A program made the translations under genes and the position numbers. The notes under the pieces are model-generated. The model was given only the letters and a program-made list of their open reading frames with translations, had not been told where the DNA came from and did no database searches. Below are positions 47,376 to 47,472 of a DNA stretch of 47,472 nucleotides, piece after piece. The stretch spans positions 1 through 47,472 of the forward strand of contig JAACCU010000119.1 of NCBI GenBank assembly GCA_009937405.1. The letters run 5' to 3'. Position 1 is the stretch's first letter. Each line of letters opens with the position of its first letter. The stretch is from Actinomycetota bacterium. Its GTDB lineage: Bacteria > Actinomycetota > Acidimicrobiia > Acidimicrobiales > Aldehydirespiratoraceae.

Positions 47376-47472
47376 CTAGGCCTGCGGCAAACAGTCCACG
47401 ACGGCATCAGCAACCGCGTCAGGAGTGCCGAACCCGACGACAGCGTCCATCAATTCGGCCGGCAGTTCTGTC
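47376..47472 (-). CDS. 3' end of an unidentified CDS entering from outside the window
   Basis: Open frame TELPAELMDAVVGFGTPDAVADAVVDCLPQA followed by TAG TAG. Confidence 0.55.
   Translation of the reverse strand, partial: TELPAELMDAVVGFGTPDAVADAVVDCLPQA

Noticed and set aside
1-47472. tRNA, rRNA, IS elements, integrase or prophage genes
   Set aside because: All intergenic gaps were read and none holds a cloverleaf or terminal repeats; no ORF has transposase, integrase or phage motifs

Overview
GC-rich, gene-dense chromosomal segment, most likely from an actinomycete of class Acidimicrobiia (inferred from mycothiol synthase mshD, proteasome activator bpa, menA/menG, divIVA-yggT-sepF-yggS-pgeF-ftsZ synteny and many leaderless TANNNT promoters). 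In order: partial nth; mshD-rlmN-membrane protein-menG; a minus-strand purine cluster (purL-Q-C-E-K-F-D-M-N, then menA) in which PurL carries two N-terminal PurS-like domains and purD is interrupted by an in-frame TAG; hrpA; a decayed fatty-acid desaturase pseudogene; three poorly characterised genes; dnaE; bpa with a phosphodiesterase, divergent from an Rrf2 regulator; rluD; a DksA-like gene with a histone-like tail; and the dcw cluster from divIVA to mraZ, lacking murF. I found no mobile element, CRISPR array, tRNA or rRNA, and cannot support a wholly new multi-gene system. The best leads are non-coding or subtle: a branched RNA structure between mraZ and rsmH, three tandem DnaA boxes plus a palindrome in the dnaE leader, a perfect LexA-type box upstream of the dcw promoter, the purD amber codon at a domain boundary, and an apparently foreign purine operon. 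All family assignments come from motif recognition, not database searches.
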